From the NCBI RefSeq assembly GCF_001194135.2, contig NC_068982.1:99792950-99856949 (forward strand): DNA of 64,000 nt. Direction: 5' to 3'. Position numbers and translations under genes: made by a program. The notes below the pieces were generated by a model. The model saw only the letters and a program-made list of their open reading frames with translations, had not been told where the DNA came from and made no database searches. Origin of the DNA: Octopus bimaculoides. Lineage: Eukaryota. Each line of letters begins with the position of its first letter. Position 1 is the stretch's first letter. Of the stretch, positions 1-11,638 are shown in pieces.

Positions 1-299
1 GCATGACCAATAGAGACTATGGATATTATCCAACCATCTCATTCCTAGTTTACCTCCTAGGTCTCCTCCCAGTTATATTAATGTGATGTGAAATTATTGG
101 AAAGAAAATTAATTTTCAATAACTAGTTGGTAAACTCTCAATGTTTCTGCCATATTAAGTTATAAATGGAGAGGAACACGCAAATAATTTCACTGTAACA
201 TGTGTGGATGATGTGAGGAACTTGTGAAAGGAGAGAAATAATTGGACAACTAATGTTTGTTGATAGTCTATTTCTCAAACTAACAATATATAGTGAGTG

Positions 300-1030
300 T
301 GTTGTAGCCAGTTTTACTTAATAGATAAAGTAGGAAAATCAATTAATAGTAAGGAAAAATAGAAAGAATATATGAACAAAGAGATCTCTGAAGCTAGAGA
401 AAAAGTTTGTTAAAAAGAACAAATGAGCTTTTTAATATCAAACTCAATTTTACTGGATTAAAGAAAATATATGGCAAACAATGTAAAAATAATTGAATGG
501 ATTTGAAATTGTATTTTTAAGCTGAACTAATGAGAGAAAATTCAGGAAAATGGTATCCACTATTGTTTTCATATATAATAAAATCAAGAAGGCTAACAAA
601 TTCCCCATTTTTAAACCTGTTATTAGTTTCATTGCTGAACCTATCTCAAAAGTCTATAAACCTTTAGAGAAATAACATTTATAGAGTACTTTTTAATTAA
701 TTCTTCCTATACAAACTCTTTCTACACTAAGATTTTCCTATAAAACAGCAACATTCAATATTTTTAAACTTATACCAATCCAGTTATTCTTTCAAATGTA
801 TATCACACCAACTACTAATTTCATTTTTTTTTTTTAATAATATTCCATTCATAGTAATTGATTATAACTAGTTCTGACTTATTTTCATCTGAAACAGTCT
901 TATTTCTGGTACAAATATTTCATGCTTTGTGCTCTCAGAACTCATTAATATAAAAAGTTCTTTGAAGTTTATATAGTCTGAACAGAATTCAAATTAAAGG
1001 AAAACCTGAAAGACAGAAACAATGGCAATA
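300..1030 (+). mobile_element. Decayed Penelope-like reverse transcriptase relic
   Basis: Manual translation gives broken motifs in the order expected for Penelope RT: IDKVGKSI (cf. ADKG..VV), FIYNKIKKANKFPIFKPVISFIAEPISK at ~566-650 (cf. FY.LPKIHK..P.RPIIS..sPT..IS), ATFNIFKL(Y)TN at ~745-785 with one frameshift (cf. VTFDV.SLYTNIP), and QIKG at ~990. Many stops; boundaries approximate. Confidence 0.45.
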
Positions 1031-1175
1031 TTAGTTCAAAGTTATTGTACTGATATACACATGCAGACACACTTAAATGGCAATACAAAATTGAGAGAAA
1101 GAAGTAAAAAAAAAAAAAACATTTTAAAAATAAATAAAAAGTTACAAAATGAAGCAGTGTTGTAGACTAACATAC

Positions 1176-1253
1176 CGATTGTAACCTGCGCAAACTACTG
1201 GAGGTTGATTGTGAGGAGTAGGAACCGGTAGGACTGGGGCTGCGGTAGCTTGA
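1176..1253 (-). CDS. Internal coding exon (78 nt, phase 0-0) of an unidentified minus-strand gene: SSYRSPSPTGSYSSQSTSSSLRRLQS
   Basis: Acceptor cctgtttgtgtttttacag| and donor TCG|gtatgt. GC-rich island in AT-rich flanks; length divisible by 3; phase matches the end of the 16677-16732 exon. A second frame is also open, so the frame is inferred from phase. Confidence 0.75.
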
Positions 1254-1499
1254 CTGTAAAAACACAAACAGGCAACAAAAAAACATAAAAAAGCATGCAT
1301 TAAAAAATATGGTGTAAAAGTGTACGAAAGAGTAATGGCCCACCAAAGTGCTTGGTTCCTTGTTTGATAGTGATTTGCTCATAGCTGTGTGGATAAAGTG
1401 CAGACACTGAAAGTCAGCAAGTCTTTAACATTTAACACTGAACAGATGAAATACTGTGTTTTGTAATCTTGTTTTAAATATCTAATTAGGAGTGCTTGA

Positions 1500-2330
1500 C
1501 CAAAATTAAATATGTAGCAACTAAAATGTAAGCTTTTGAGAAGGACTTATATGGAAAATATTGTACACGTGTAGTTGTGACCACCATTCAAAATGGTGTT
1601 AGAGAAGAAGGTAGAACATTGTTCTTAATCATATCTTAAGGATATAAAATTCTTCTAATCTTCTCAGCAAATATTTTATTGAGAAGGTGCTATAAAAAGG
1701 AGTAGAGAATGTTGTCATAGAATTGCTGTTCTCTTTGAAGATATTGTCCAAAGAAGAATCTGAAAATGTGATAGAAAAGTTTAAAATCTATTTTCTTTTT
1801 TCTCTCAAGAAATATGAGAATACAACTTATGTTTCTTGTAGAATCTTCTAATACAATAGTGTACAAATGTCTGATAAGGAACTGTTTATATTTTATAACT
1901 GTATTTTCACTAAATGATGATTCTACCTCATGTTTTTGGTGGAATTTGTCAATATTTAGCAGAGTTCAAGCTGATAGCTAGTCCTTCTAACATTTTCTGA
2001 ATAAATTGTTTGAGTATCAAACTAGACTGAATAACTGAATTGCAATTAGGCAGCTTCCAGTTTGGTGATTAAATCCTTACAAGGTTAGACTTCTGTCATC
2101 TTTCAAGGAGATTATAAAATAAGTATCAGTAATATAGCAGGGAGAAGTAGACATCCTAATTATGCCTAGTAAAAGCAAAAACTAAGGAATGTTCATATGT
2201 TATGAGGAAAGTTCCCTCACAAATCTTATTCTTTTTGCTTATTTAACTCCAGCCAAGTCAGATAAACATTATTCTTCGAGAAATCTAATATTTACAGTTA
2301 CAGCTGCATCTAATAAACTATGTTTGCAGG
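1500..2330 (-). mobile_element. Probable highly decayed LINE reverse transcriptase fragment
   Basis: Minus-strand remnants ILDFSK, G.(frameshift)GCLLLP (cf. QGC.LSP) and GLAISLNSAK in the expected order, with many stops. Confidence 0.3.
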
Positions 2331-2831
2331 ATCACTTGAGTATTAAATGAACAGGTTCCATGTTCATTTGTTCTCTGATAACCAGAACAAGAAGACAGAA
2401 AGACCACCCAAAACATGAATAGCAGAAAGGAACATATCGTGACTCAGAAAATACATTAAACATGTGTTTTCAGAGCAATACTGCAAGATGTCTAGAAATT
2501 TACTTATTATTTTAAAGAAGTGAGAACTTACACTACTGAAGATGTGAAGTATAGATGATTCATTCAACCCCAATATACTGCTTCTTATAGTTTCACAAAA
2601 GGTTTTCTATGCTAATATGATTAAAGCAGTTTTAGGTGGTTGTGTGAAGAGGCTTGGTGCCTCTTGACCATCAAGTAGGTGTGCAACTTGATATTTTGAT
2701 GAGATGCTCTCTAATGCAGCAATCCAAGAATCATAGTTTCTTCTTCCCTTTTTACTGTCCTTCATCTGACCTGCAAACCCTGTGTGGTCTTAGCAGGGCT
2801 ATCCTATCTCTTTTGACAAAACTGTTTATAG

Positions 2832-3368
2832 TTTAAACAAAAATGAGCTAAGAGAAATAACTCAAAGTAACCTGTAGCATGTATATGAACAACACAAATA
2901 CAGGTGTACTAAATACCATACAATACAAATTCTTGATTTATAAAAGCTATCACCACCTCTAGGTGATGTGTCACAATTATCAAATGGCAACTGACAGCTC
3001 CATGTGAGAAAGAAGGACAATCTCAGGAATCAAGAATTCTCCAAAGTTAGTATACCATTAAGGTAAAAGAAGGCTTATTGTCTGGAGATATGAAGGCAAC
3101 AGGGGACATGTTTCTATTGCAAAAGGTGTTATCAACATGACATTTGTCCTCATTTATCTCTAGCAGCCAAGGGACTTATACAAAAAGGATTAGAATACAT
3201 TTATGGCCTATGTAATTTGCATAATTTAAACAAAAATGAGCTAAGAGAAATAACTGAGAGTGACCAGTGTCATGTATATGAATAACATAGACAAATACAG
3301 GTATATCAAATACCATACAATATAACTTCTTGATTTATTAAAGCTACCTCTGCCTCTAGGGGGATGTG
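2832..3368. repeat. Local direct duplication of ~140 bp (2832-2970 and 3225-3368)
   Basis: Both copies begin tttaaacaaaaatgagctaagagaaataact and stay alignable to ctctagg..gatgtg. Confidence 0.85.
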
Positions 3369-3876
3369 TGATTACTGGTTCTTTTCATATTAATCTTCAA
3401 TAAGATGAAGAAGAAAATTAGCTCTGCAGGATTTAAGCTCTGTTATGATAAAGTGGAAGTATATCCATCATCATCATCAACACCACCTTCCTAGTCTGCT
3501 AGTTTCTTCTAAATAAATATTATTTGACAAAATAACCAACTTAGCAAAATCAAAGTACTTTCAGTAGCCATGGTGGAAACAAAACAAAAAAAAAAAGTGC
3601 AGTGAAAATAAACCAAGGATATAAATCAAATACACAACACCAAGAACAACAATTAAAGATTGGCAACAAATAAACACAATTAAAGATTGCAACAATAATA
3701 ACATTAAACAGGTAATCAAAATTATCAAATTAGATGGATTTAATGTTAATTCAAGAAATTAACTTCAAGGACAGGAAGGCAAAATGGGAAGGAAGTTAGC
3801 GAAGTGTGGTGATATATAACAGATTTTATACAGTAAATATATTTACATAGAAGATATATATCCAGAATCTTACCTC

Positions 3877-3880
<4 letters not shown>

Positions 3881-3927
<47 letters not shown>

Positions 3928-4087
3928 TCTTTTACAAACACTGTATGCACACAGAGGCTTATAAAATGTATGTACACCGGATCTCTCATGCAAATGTACA
4001 GAAATGTATACAAACACATAAAAACGTTTACTTCTGAACCCAGCTGTCTCAATCACACACAAATATAACTGGAACATCTGTAACCTT

Positions 4088-4120
<33 letters not shown>

Positions 4121-4121
4121 A

Positions 4122-4152
<31 letters not shown>

Positions 4153-4171
4153 TGCGTGTGTGTGTGTGTGT

Positions 4172-4206
<35 letters not shown>

Positions 4207-4225
4207 CACGCGCATGCACACACAC
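3881..4225. repeat. Compound microsatellites (CT)n at 3881-3915 and (CT)n-(GT)n-(CA)n at 4090-4225
   Basis: Visible directly; source of the ERERER/HTHTHT ORFs. Confidence 0.95.
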
Positions 4226-5238
4226 TTGTGTGTCTGCATATGCCAACCAAATACAGGTGCACAAAATCTAATGTCTGAAGACATCTTAAAATCATAGAAT
4301 CAGTAAATATGTCAACTGTAAGAAATAAGAGCAATACATTAACTAAAAATTCACTCCAGCCAAATTCAGTAGTCATTTTCTGTCACATGATTCACACTGC
4401 ACTAATGAAAAGAATTAATTGTATTTATTACAAGTTAATCTATGCTCAATGAAAGGTATTTCAGCTGTCACCATCTCACCATTTTAAAACTAGAGTGTAA
4501 TTTGAGGGAGATAAAGTAGTTATTTCTGGTAGGTCTAAGGGTGACATACAGGCTACTTTATCAATTCATAATATTCAGTACATTAGACATGTGTTTCAAC
4601 ATGACACCACTGTAACATATTTCTCAAATGTTGTAGTATAATAGGTTATATTTAATTTATTTAATGCTAAAGACAATGTTCTTTGAATTCATTTACTACC
4701 AAGATACACCAAAATTTTGAAGATTTATATAACAAACAATAATAAAGAAATTTCTGTAAACCCCATATTTTTTCTGAATATAGGCTCGTATAACATCAAT
4801 GGTGATGTTAAGACAGAAAATCTAAGGTAGAAGAGCATGTCCTACAGTGTTTCTAGGCCCTCTTAAGCTGAGAGGGAAGAGTCATAGAAGTAATTATTTG
4901 AGGTTAATGTACTACTTAATGTTTGGGTTCAACTGAGATAGGGTGGTGGTTGGGGGATGGGAAATGAGTATGAGAATACTAGAATTAGGCAAAGTGTTTG
5001 GTATGAGGCTGAAGAAAAGGAAACAGCAATGAAGCATAAGAAGAATTTCAAACTTTAGTTGTTATTTCTAGCTTCTTAGAATCTAACAGCTGAGAAATAA
5101 TTTTCTCCTGGATAGAATGTCAGTCTACCACAGGTAAAAACAAAATCCAGATGATCTGCTACTTATTTTAACAACTAGATGGATTGAAACAATGTAAAAT
5201 AAAGTGCTTTACCCACAAATACAAGATACCAGCAGGGG

Positions 5239-5248
5239 NNNNNNNNNN
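5239..5248. other. Assembly gap (10 N)
   Basis: Run of N. Confidence 0.99.
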
Positions 5249-5249
5249 A

Positions 5250-5540
5250 CAATGGTTCCTGAAGTGAGCAGTATTGCCCCCTTGGTGACAGTGGAAAGAC
5301 CCGGGGGGGGGGGTATTTAAGAAAAATGGGGCGATAATGGGCTGACCAAAATGAGGCAATGGATGTAAAAAAGACAAAGAAAATAAAGGGGCTAATTAGG
5401 TTAAGATTTATTTGTGAAATACTGTTGCTTTGAATTTGCTGCAGAAAATTCTGTCTGTGATGGTGAGTGGTGGGGTGGGCACTAGGAATGTGGCCTTAGA
5501 ATCAAGGGGGTGGCAGCCTGATAAAGTTTGGGAACCACTG
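5250..5540 (+). mobile_element. hAT (Charlie/Buster-like) MITE
   Basis: Left end caatggttcctgaagtg and right end tttgggaaccactg form imperfect TIRs of the CAGTGGTTCCCAAA type. Right flank ctctataa has the central TA of Buster-type 8-bp TSDs; the left TSD falls in the gap. Confidence 0.6.
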
Positions 5541-6249
5541 CTCTATAAGCAGACAGTCTTTATTCAAGCTTTTCTATGAATTTAGGTAAGAGATGTGTTG
5601 AACTGAATTCAAGCTTTAGAAGAGACAAGAGACAGACAGTTCAATGAGGGGATAAATGATTGCAAAATTGGTGAATGAAGGCTTTTCTACCTAGTAGCTA
5701 GTTATTTCAAGTGATATAGTTGAAAATGTGGGAGGAGATGAGTGGGCAAACCACAGCCCCAGGTATAGAGCTTGCTTACACATTTTTAAATGCTAACAGC
5801 TATTTGAAACAGAAATATTTCCTAGGCATGGAGAAGAAACATGCATGTGTGATGCCTTCATAGATATATGAAGTCATAAGAAATACATGAGTGTAAAGGG
5901 AACAGAATAAATTTTATACGGTGTGGTGTGTTCCCTTGAGATAATATGGTCTGTTTACATGATGATAAGTTGATAATAACAGGAAGTATTAACAGTTTCT
6001 AGTCTACAATAAAACATCAATGATACAGATGAACACACTTATTGGAGTTGGCTGTTCAAGCATGGAATTGCTATCACAGTAGTGTAATAGCTGTTCTCTA
6101 AGTGATTTATTTGGGTCAAAGTTTATAGAGATGGGCTTTTGAAATTACTTTTAAAATTTGTCTGTCTATTACACACGTACACACACACATATACACGTGT
6201 GTATGTGTGTGTGTGTGTGTGCACGCGCACATGCACACATACAAAGTAG

Positions 6250-6720
6250 TAAAAACAGTATCACCATTTGTATTCATATGACAGCTTTTCCATACTTGCT
6301 TTGGTTTGACAGGTTTTCTCTATCACAGAATCCTGCCACTTGTTATGATTCTTTGTCATTTACTCCATAAGGTTCAATCTCATGAGATCAGTTTTCCCCT
6401 TTTCTACCTATGTTTTCCTTGGTCTTCTTCTTCTGCAGGTTCCTTCCATTTGGATCACTCAGCACTTCTTACTCAACTACTGTCTACCATATGCTTGTGT
6501 TAGTGTTCTGATATATGACCTTTAGCAAATGACAAGACTGGCTTTTGAAAGTGTAAATGTGACCGCAGTCAGTGCATGTGAAATTATCTCCTGATCTTCT
6601 ACCATAGACTTTCAACTGCCTGCAGGTTTCAGGTATTACATTTCACTATTTGACAGACAATCGAATCTTGTATTTTTTTCTCAAAATACATGCTGATCTT
6701 AATTACAGACTACCATTCAC
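6250..6720 (-). mobile_element. Decayed 3' end of an RTE-like LINE
   Basis: Minus-strand EGTCRRRRPRKT* (cf. G.R.RGRPRK.W) and a TCTDCGHIY zinc-knuckle remnant, both typical of RTE ORF C-termini. Confidence 0.45.
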
Positions 6721-6958
6721 TTCTCTTCAATGGTTCAAGGACATAAGGTTATCTTTTGTGATGCTGTGAAAACTCTCTTTTAGGGTTTGTGCTGGGGACA
6801 CTGACCAACTAATTTGCCATAAAGTAATTACTTTGGAAGTCTGAAATTATCCAGATGGATGGCAGGAACAATCCTTTACATATGTTATTTGATAAGCCAG
6901 CTTCCACATGTATACACACACACACACACATATGTACACACTCAAAGACACACACATA

Positions 6959-7160
6959 AGGCAGTGAACTGACAGAATCGTTGACACATCATACAAAACA
7001 TTAGCTGCATTTCTTCCAATTCTTTATGTACTGAGCTCAAATCCCACCAGGGTCCTTTGTCTTCCGTCCGTTTGGGGTCAGTAAAATAAAGTACCAGTTT
7101 AGCATTGGGTCAGTGTAACCAACTTACTCCTTTCCCCTAAAACTGCTGGCCTTGTGTCAG
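6959..7160 (+). mobile_element. SINE family A copy (ggcagtgagctggcagaatcgttagc... family)
   Basis: Alignable by eye with more than 10 other copies in the window (e.g. 21197, 22299, 26058). Confidence 0.75.
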
Positions 7161-7410
7161 CATGGCTGTGTGGTAAGAAGCTTGCTTCCCAACTACATGG
7201 TTCCAGGTTCAGTCCCACTGTGTGGTACCTTAGGCAAGTGTTTTCTACTATAGCCTCAAGCTGACCAAAACCTTGTGAGTAGATTTGGTAGATGGAAACT
7301 GAGAGAAGCCCGTCATATATGTGTGTGTTTGTCTTTACGTCTGTCACCCCACTACTGGCAGTGGTGTGATAATGTCCATGTAAATTAGTGGTTTGGTATA
7401 AGAGAGACCA
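7161..7410 (+). mobile_element. tRNA-headed SINE family B (CORE-like centre)
   Basis: A-box-like TGGCTGTGTGG, B-box-like GGTTCAGTCCC, CORE-like accttaggcaagtg. Other copies at ~30.2-30.5, 54.0, 58.3, 58.8 and 59.3 kb. Confidence 0.8.
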
Positions 7411-9189
7411 CCGCCCATTAGGGTCTGAAGAAACACCATAAAGCTAAGTGCTCTATGGATGTGAAACCCAGGATAATTCCATAAACCAGCCACAGCCGTC
7501 TTTATCTAATTACTCCACTGATCTATAACTTAGAGTGTACTTCCCTTTCAGGATTTATGATTTACTGATATAAAACACACACTTGTGTCTGTGCACACAT
7601 GTATATGTGGATGAACGCTAATAAAGCATTGTGATGGTGGGAATATCTTTGATATGAACAGGCCTGAGAGAGTGTTGGGTCATATAGATAGGAAGAGGGT
7701 GAAAGTAAGGAAATCTGGGAGGAGGGGAAAATGATGATGATGATGATGATGATGATGGCAGAGAAAGTAGGGTCACAAGGGGTTAGTGAGAGAGGGAAGA
7801 GGGAAAACAGAAGCAACTTGTTTAGAAATCTTGGAAGTAGACTTAGGAAGTATCCACTTCAACAGCAATGGAATATAAAATAAAAAATATGCCTAAACAA
7901 AAACAAAAAATACAACTTGATATCTCTCACTCTCATTTTTACCCACTCCACACAGTTCACTAACTGGGAAGGCCTATTTTTGTTCTTATTTTGTTTATTT
8001 ATCCGTTTATGTTTGTTTGTTTTTTACAACAACCACAACTATAACCAGCCAGACAAAATGTAAAATGCTCAGAACAAATAGCTATAGTTTTACTTAATAA
8101 GTTTCATCATACACACACACAAGAGCACACACACACGCACACACACACGCACACACACACGAGAGTGTGTGTGTGTGCACACTACTACTATACACACACA
8201 CACACTACTATGCACACTACTACTATACACACACACATGAAGCATATTAAGTAAAACTATAGTTATTTGTTTGAGTACTTTGCATTTTGTCTGGCTACTA
8301 GTAGTAGTAGTAGAAGTAGTAGTCGTAGTAGTAATTGTGGTTATTGTTGTTGTTGTTGCTGCAGTGTTATCACCACCACCATCGCAACAACAAATGACCT
8401 ACTTCAAGCAAAACATAATTGTAACATTCTCCCTACTACCTACTACAACTTTCTTCACAGACTCAGTAGAGAATGCAACGAAGAAAATAGTTTCAGAACC
8501 AAACAGAATAATCTGTAATTTTTATTAAAAATCGTCACTGGATTGTAATGGAACAAAATGGAATTTTGCAAGAAACCTTACAACTCTTATAGTGTTATAT
8601 TTTCTATCTGAATGTCTAGGTTTATTTCTTTTTGTTTGCTTTCTTTTTCATTTCATTTGTCTTTTTTTTAGTTGTTTTTATGGTCCAAGTTTAAAAAAAA
8701 AAAAAAAAAAGTGTTGTTGTTAAGTAGTTCTCAATCCTCTCATCTTCAGCTCTCCTAGATCAAGCAGAACTATGGTCTAAAAGAAGGTTGATGATGCTTC
8801 TATCTGTTGTTATCTAGTCTTTGTTTTGAGATATGCTATCTTAAGAGTTAGAATTTAATAAAACAGGTGTCAGCTACAAAGCTTATTGGAAGATTTTTAA
8901 TGAATACTTACTTAGAAACGAGATCAATAAACCACAATGTAAAAAAAAAAAAACTCCTTTGTTAACTTTCTTAATATTATAACGACTGTTAAATATCTTA
9001 CAATGCCAAATACTTCAATGTTTTGACTGAGAATTCTTCATTCAACAGACCATATTTCTCTGTCTATACTGTACACTGCAATAAAGCATCTAAATTATTA
9101 TCTCAACAACAATACTGATCATGTAAGATTGGCATTACTAAATACGAGTTTTAGATCACGAAACTAGTGTGCTGAGATAGATGAAAGCT

Positions 9190-9560
9190 TCAGGGAGCTT
9201 CTGTGAGTGCACAAACATGCTAGAAATAGCAACCAAATCACTCTAAAATCATAACATAGTATAATAAAAAAAAAAAGAACCAACTGGATAACATAATCCT
9301 AGATGGCCTGAGATGGCCACCGTTTCAATTATAGATCTGCTTAATCATGGTTGACTTGAGATCAAATTATGACCATTAAGTTAGACAAGTAAAATCTACA
9401 TTGCTTACTAATTTATATCTGCTTTTAGAGTGCTCACAGATACAATCAGGCTATCTAGATTATGTTATCCAATATGTCCTTTTTTTGTATATCAGATTGT
9501 AACTTTAGAGCGATTTGGCTGCTATTTCTAGCATATTGTGCAACCACAGAGAGGGTCTCC
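9190..9560. mobile_element. Two adjacent, oppositely oriented copies of repeat family E (gctagaaatagcagccaaat...)
   Basis: tgctagaaatagcaaccaaat at ~9217 and its complement atttggctgctatttctagca at ~9514. The family recurs at ~12.8, 15.5, 18.6, 19.2, 23.3, 32.2, 36.3, 41.7 and 51.5 kb. Confidence 0.55.
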
Positions 9561-9867
9561 TGAAACTCTCATGTGTTTGCGGTATCCATTGTCTAGATTG
9601 GAAAACAGTAAATGCCAGAAAAATATTTTATGGTATTTGGTTACATTCTAAATTAAAATTCCACCAATAATGGCAAAGGTCTAAACTACTGATATCTTCA
9701 GTGTCCATAAAATACATTGCAACTATGAGATATATTCCATAAGCTTTGATCCAGTTTTAACTTTGAATGAATGATAGATAAATTTGACCTTAGTGTGGGG
9801 AGACACGAACCTAATGCTTGACAATTTCTGTCATTCTCCTGTCTTGTGATAATGGTTTCAAATGTTA

Positions 9868-10066
9868 GCACAGGGCCAACAATTTTAGATGAAGGGGTAA
9901 GTCAATTACATCAACCCCAGTGCTCAACTGGTACTTACTTTACCAACCCTGAAAGGATGAAAAGCAGAGTTGATCTCAGTGGAATTTGAACTCAGAACAT
10001 AAAGAACCAGAAGAAATTCTGCTAAGCATTTTGCCCAACACACAAGTCTGCCAGCTCACTACCTTA
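9868..10066 (-). mobile_element. SINE family A copy
   Basis: Reverse complement of the 21197/22299 copies. Confidence 0.78.
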
Positions 10067-10240
10067 ATGGTAAGGATAGTATTGATGATCACAGAGATAG
10101 GGTTAGGTACTTGAAAGTATACTTACTATAAATATATTGGGAATATCTAAATGGATAAGCTAACAAACTCAAAGTTTATAACTTACGTTATGGTTCATTA
10201 TTTACATTTGACGGATATTTGTCCTCATCTTGTTTGTTGT

Positions 10241-10284
10241 TAACACGTTTCGGCTGATATACCTTCCAGCCTTCATCAGGTGTC
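10241..10284 (-). ncRNA. Hammerhead-ribozyme-like core (degenerate)
   Basis: GACAC-CUGAUGA-A-GGCUG..CAGCC-GAAAC-GUGUU. Stems I and II can form; there is no NUH triplet between GAAAC and stem I in this copy. Confidence 0.45.
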
Positions 10285-10419
10285 TTGGGGAAATTTCAAA
10301 CCTGGGCTCTCATTCCTAAGGTATTTTTCGATGTTATTATTATTATTATTATTCAGGTCACTGCCTGGAATTGAACTCGGAATCTGAGGTTAGTAGCCCA
10401 TGCTCTTAACCACTACGCC

Positions 10420-10469
<50 letters not shown>

Positions 10470-10516
10470 TTGAAAAATACCTTAGGAATGAGAACCCAGG
10501 TTCGAAATTTCTCCAA

Positions 10517-10561
10517 GACACCTGATGAAGGCTGGAGGGTGTATCAGCCGAAACTTGTGTT
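10517..10561 (+). ncRNA. Hammerhead-ribozyme-like core (degenerate)
   Basis: GACAC-CUGAUGA-A-GGCUG(10 nt)CAGCC-GAAAC-UU-GUGUU. One G short of the palindromic stem III/GUH (GAAAC-GUU) expected for minimal Penelope-type hammerheads. Confidence 0.5.
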
Positions 10562-11435
10562 AACAACAAACAAGATGAAGACAAATATCCGTAAAATGTA
10601 AATAATGTACATAATTCTTCATCTCTCAAATATAGAACTGTAGGTTATGGTTGTAAGGTTGTACCCAACAAGAAGCATTGTAATGCAAAGTATGGTATTT
10701 AACTCTTTTTGGTCTGGAGTCAATCTAAAGCCATACACATGATATAGCCAAGTGAACAGGTCTAGATCAACATTTCAACTTGTTCTGATAAATGGTGTGT
10801 GTTTTTGAGTGTGTAAATGAAAATGCTGCATATACTATCAGAGAAAATCTGTGAATTACATAATCTTATAGGAAAAATATCCGAAACACACCCAACCAGT
10901 ACGACAAAATAAGGTTAATAAACTTGTATGTATCTATGATTGTATAAAAGACACTAAGTAATAAACTGGGAAAACAGATAATTTAGTAAAAGAAAGAGTA
11001 AAAATTAAATTATTAAAAAAGAATAGAAAAACAACAACAGCACAAGAGAAGAACAAACAACAATAAGTAAGAAAGAAAAGCTGATTTAAAAAGAATGTTA
11101 ATTTGATAAACTGTTTAAAACAAAAAAAAAACTAGTAAAGTGATGTTTAAATGTCAGCCTGAAGTGTTACTTGTTGATGATGAAATTTCATGGAAGTGAC
11201 ATTTACACAGCTGTGTTGTTGTTACACATTAGATTCAGATAGTAAAGGAGCACAAACACTGACACACAAACATAGTTACAATGTGACAAACAAAGTAAAA
11301 TAATCATGAATATGTAAGTAAAAAAAAAAAAATCAGAAAATTGTGTTGTTGTTGTTGGTAATAATTTTGATTTTGTCGTTGTTTTCCATAGTTTTGATTC
11401 AATGATTGTACATACATACATACATACATACATAT

Positions 11436-11466
<31 letters not shown>

Positions 11467-11606
11467 AATATATAGGTTAATAGAGAGGGAGAGAATGAGC
11501 TGGAGAAGGAGTACTCAATACAAACATAGAATGTTGTGGTTTATTTAAGCAAGCCCACAGTGAGCATCCACTTCTTCAGAAAAGCCAGACTTACCAATAT
11601 AATATA

Positions 11607-11638
<32 letters not shown>

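Larger units (their letters stand above)
10196..10643. mobile_element. Fold-back non-autonomous element: inverted Penelope-like arms around a tRNA-like head, with 9-bp TSD
   Basis: Arms 10196-~10350 and ~10450-10607 are reverse complements (about 8 substitutions plus a 2-nt indel over ~140 bp). Flanking direct repeat gttatggtt at 10187-10195 and 10644-10652. Centre reads on the minus strand atggcgtagtggttaagagc...gagttcaattcc (A and B boxes). Confidence 0.85.

Noticed and set aside
3870-4376. ORFs rich in HTHTHT, ERERER, CVCVCV, YIYIYI (also at 47.3, 49.3-49.6, 57.7-58.5 and 60.3-61.3 kb)
   Set aside because: Translations of dinucleotide microsatellites, which lack stops by construction.
8267-8528. 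Overlapping 83/85-aa ORFs with poly-V/S/C/T runs (similar at 21376 and 46313)
   Set aside because: Translations of degenerate trinucleotide repeats (GTA, GTT, ACC, CTA) without splice support.
10352-10421. tRNA gene
   Set aside because: Has A/B boxes but no convincing acceptor stem and is embedded in a TSD-flanked repeat; treated as a SINE head. The same applies to the heads at 7161, 15088 and 60735.
11588-11600. Strong donor TTG|gtaagt on the minus strand
   Set aside because: Upstream sequence is (AT)n and a gap; no exon body visible.
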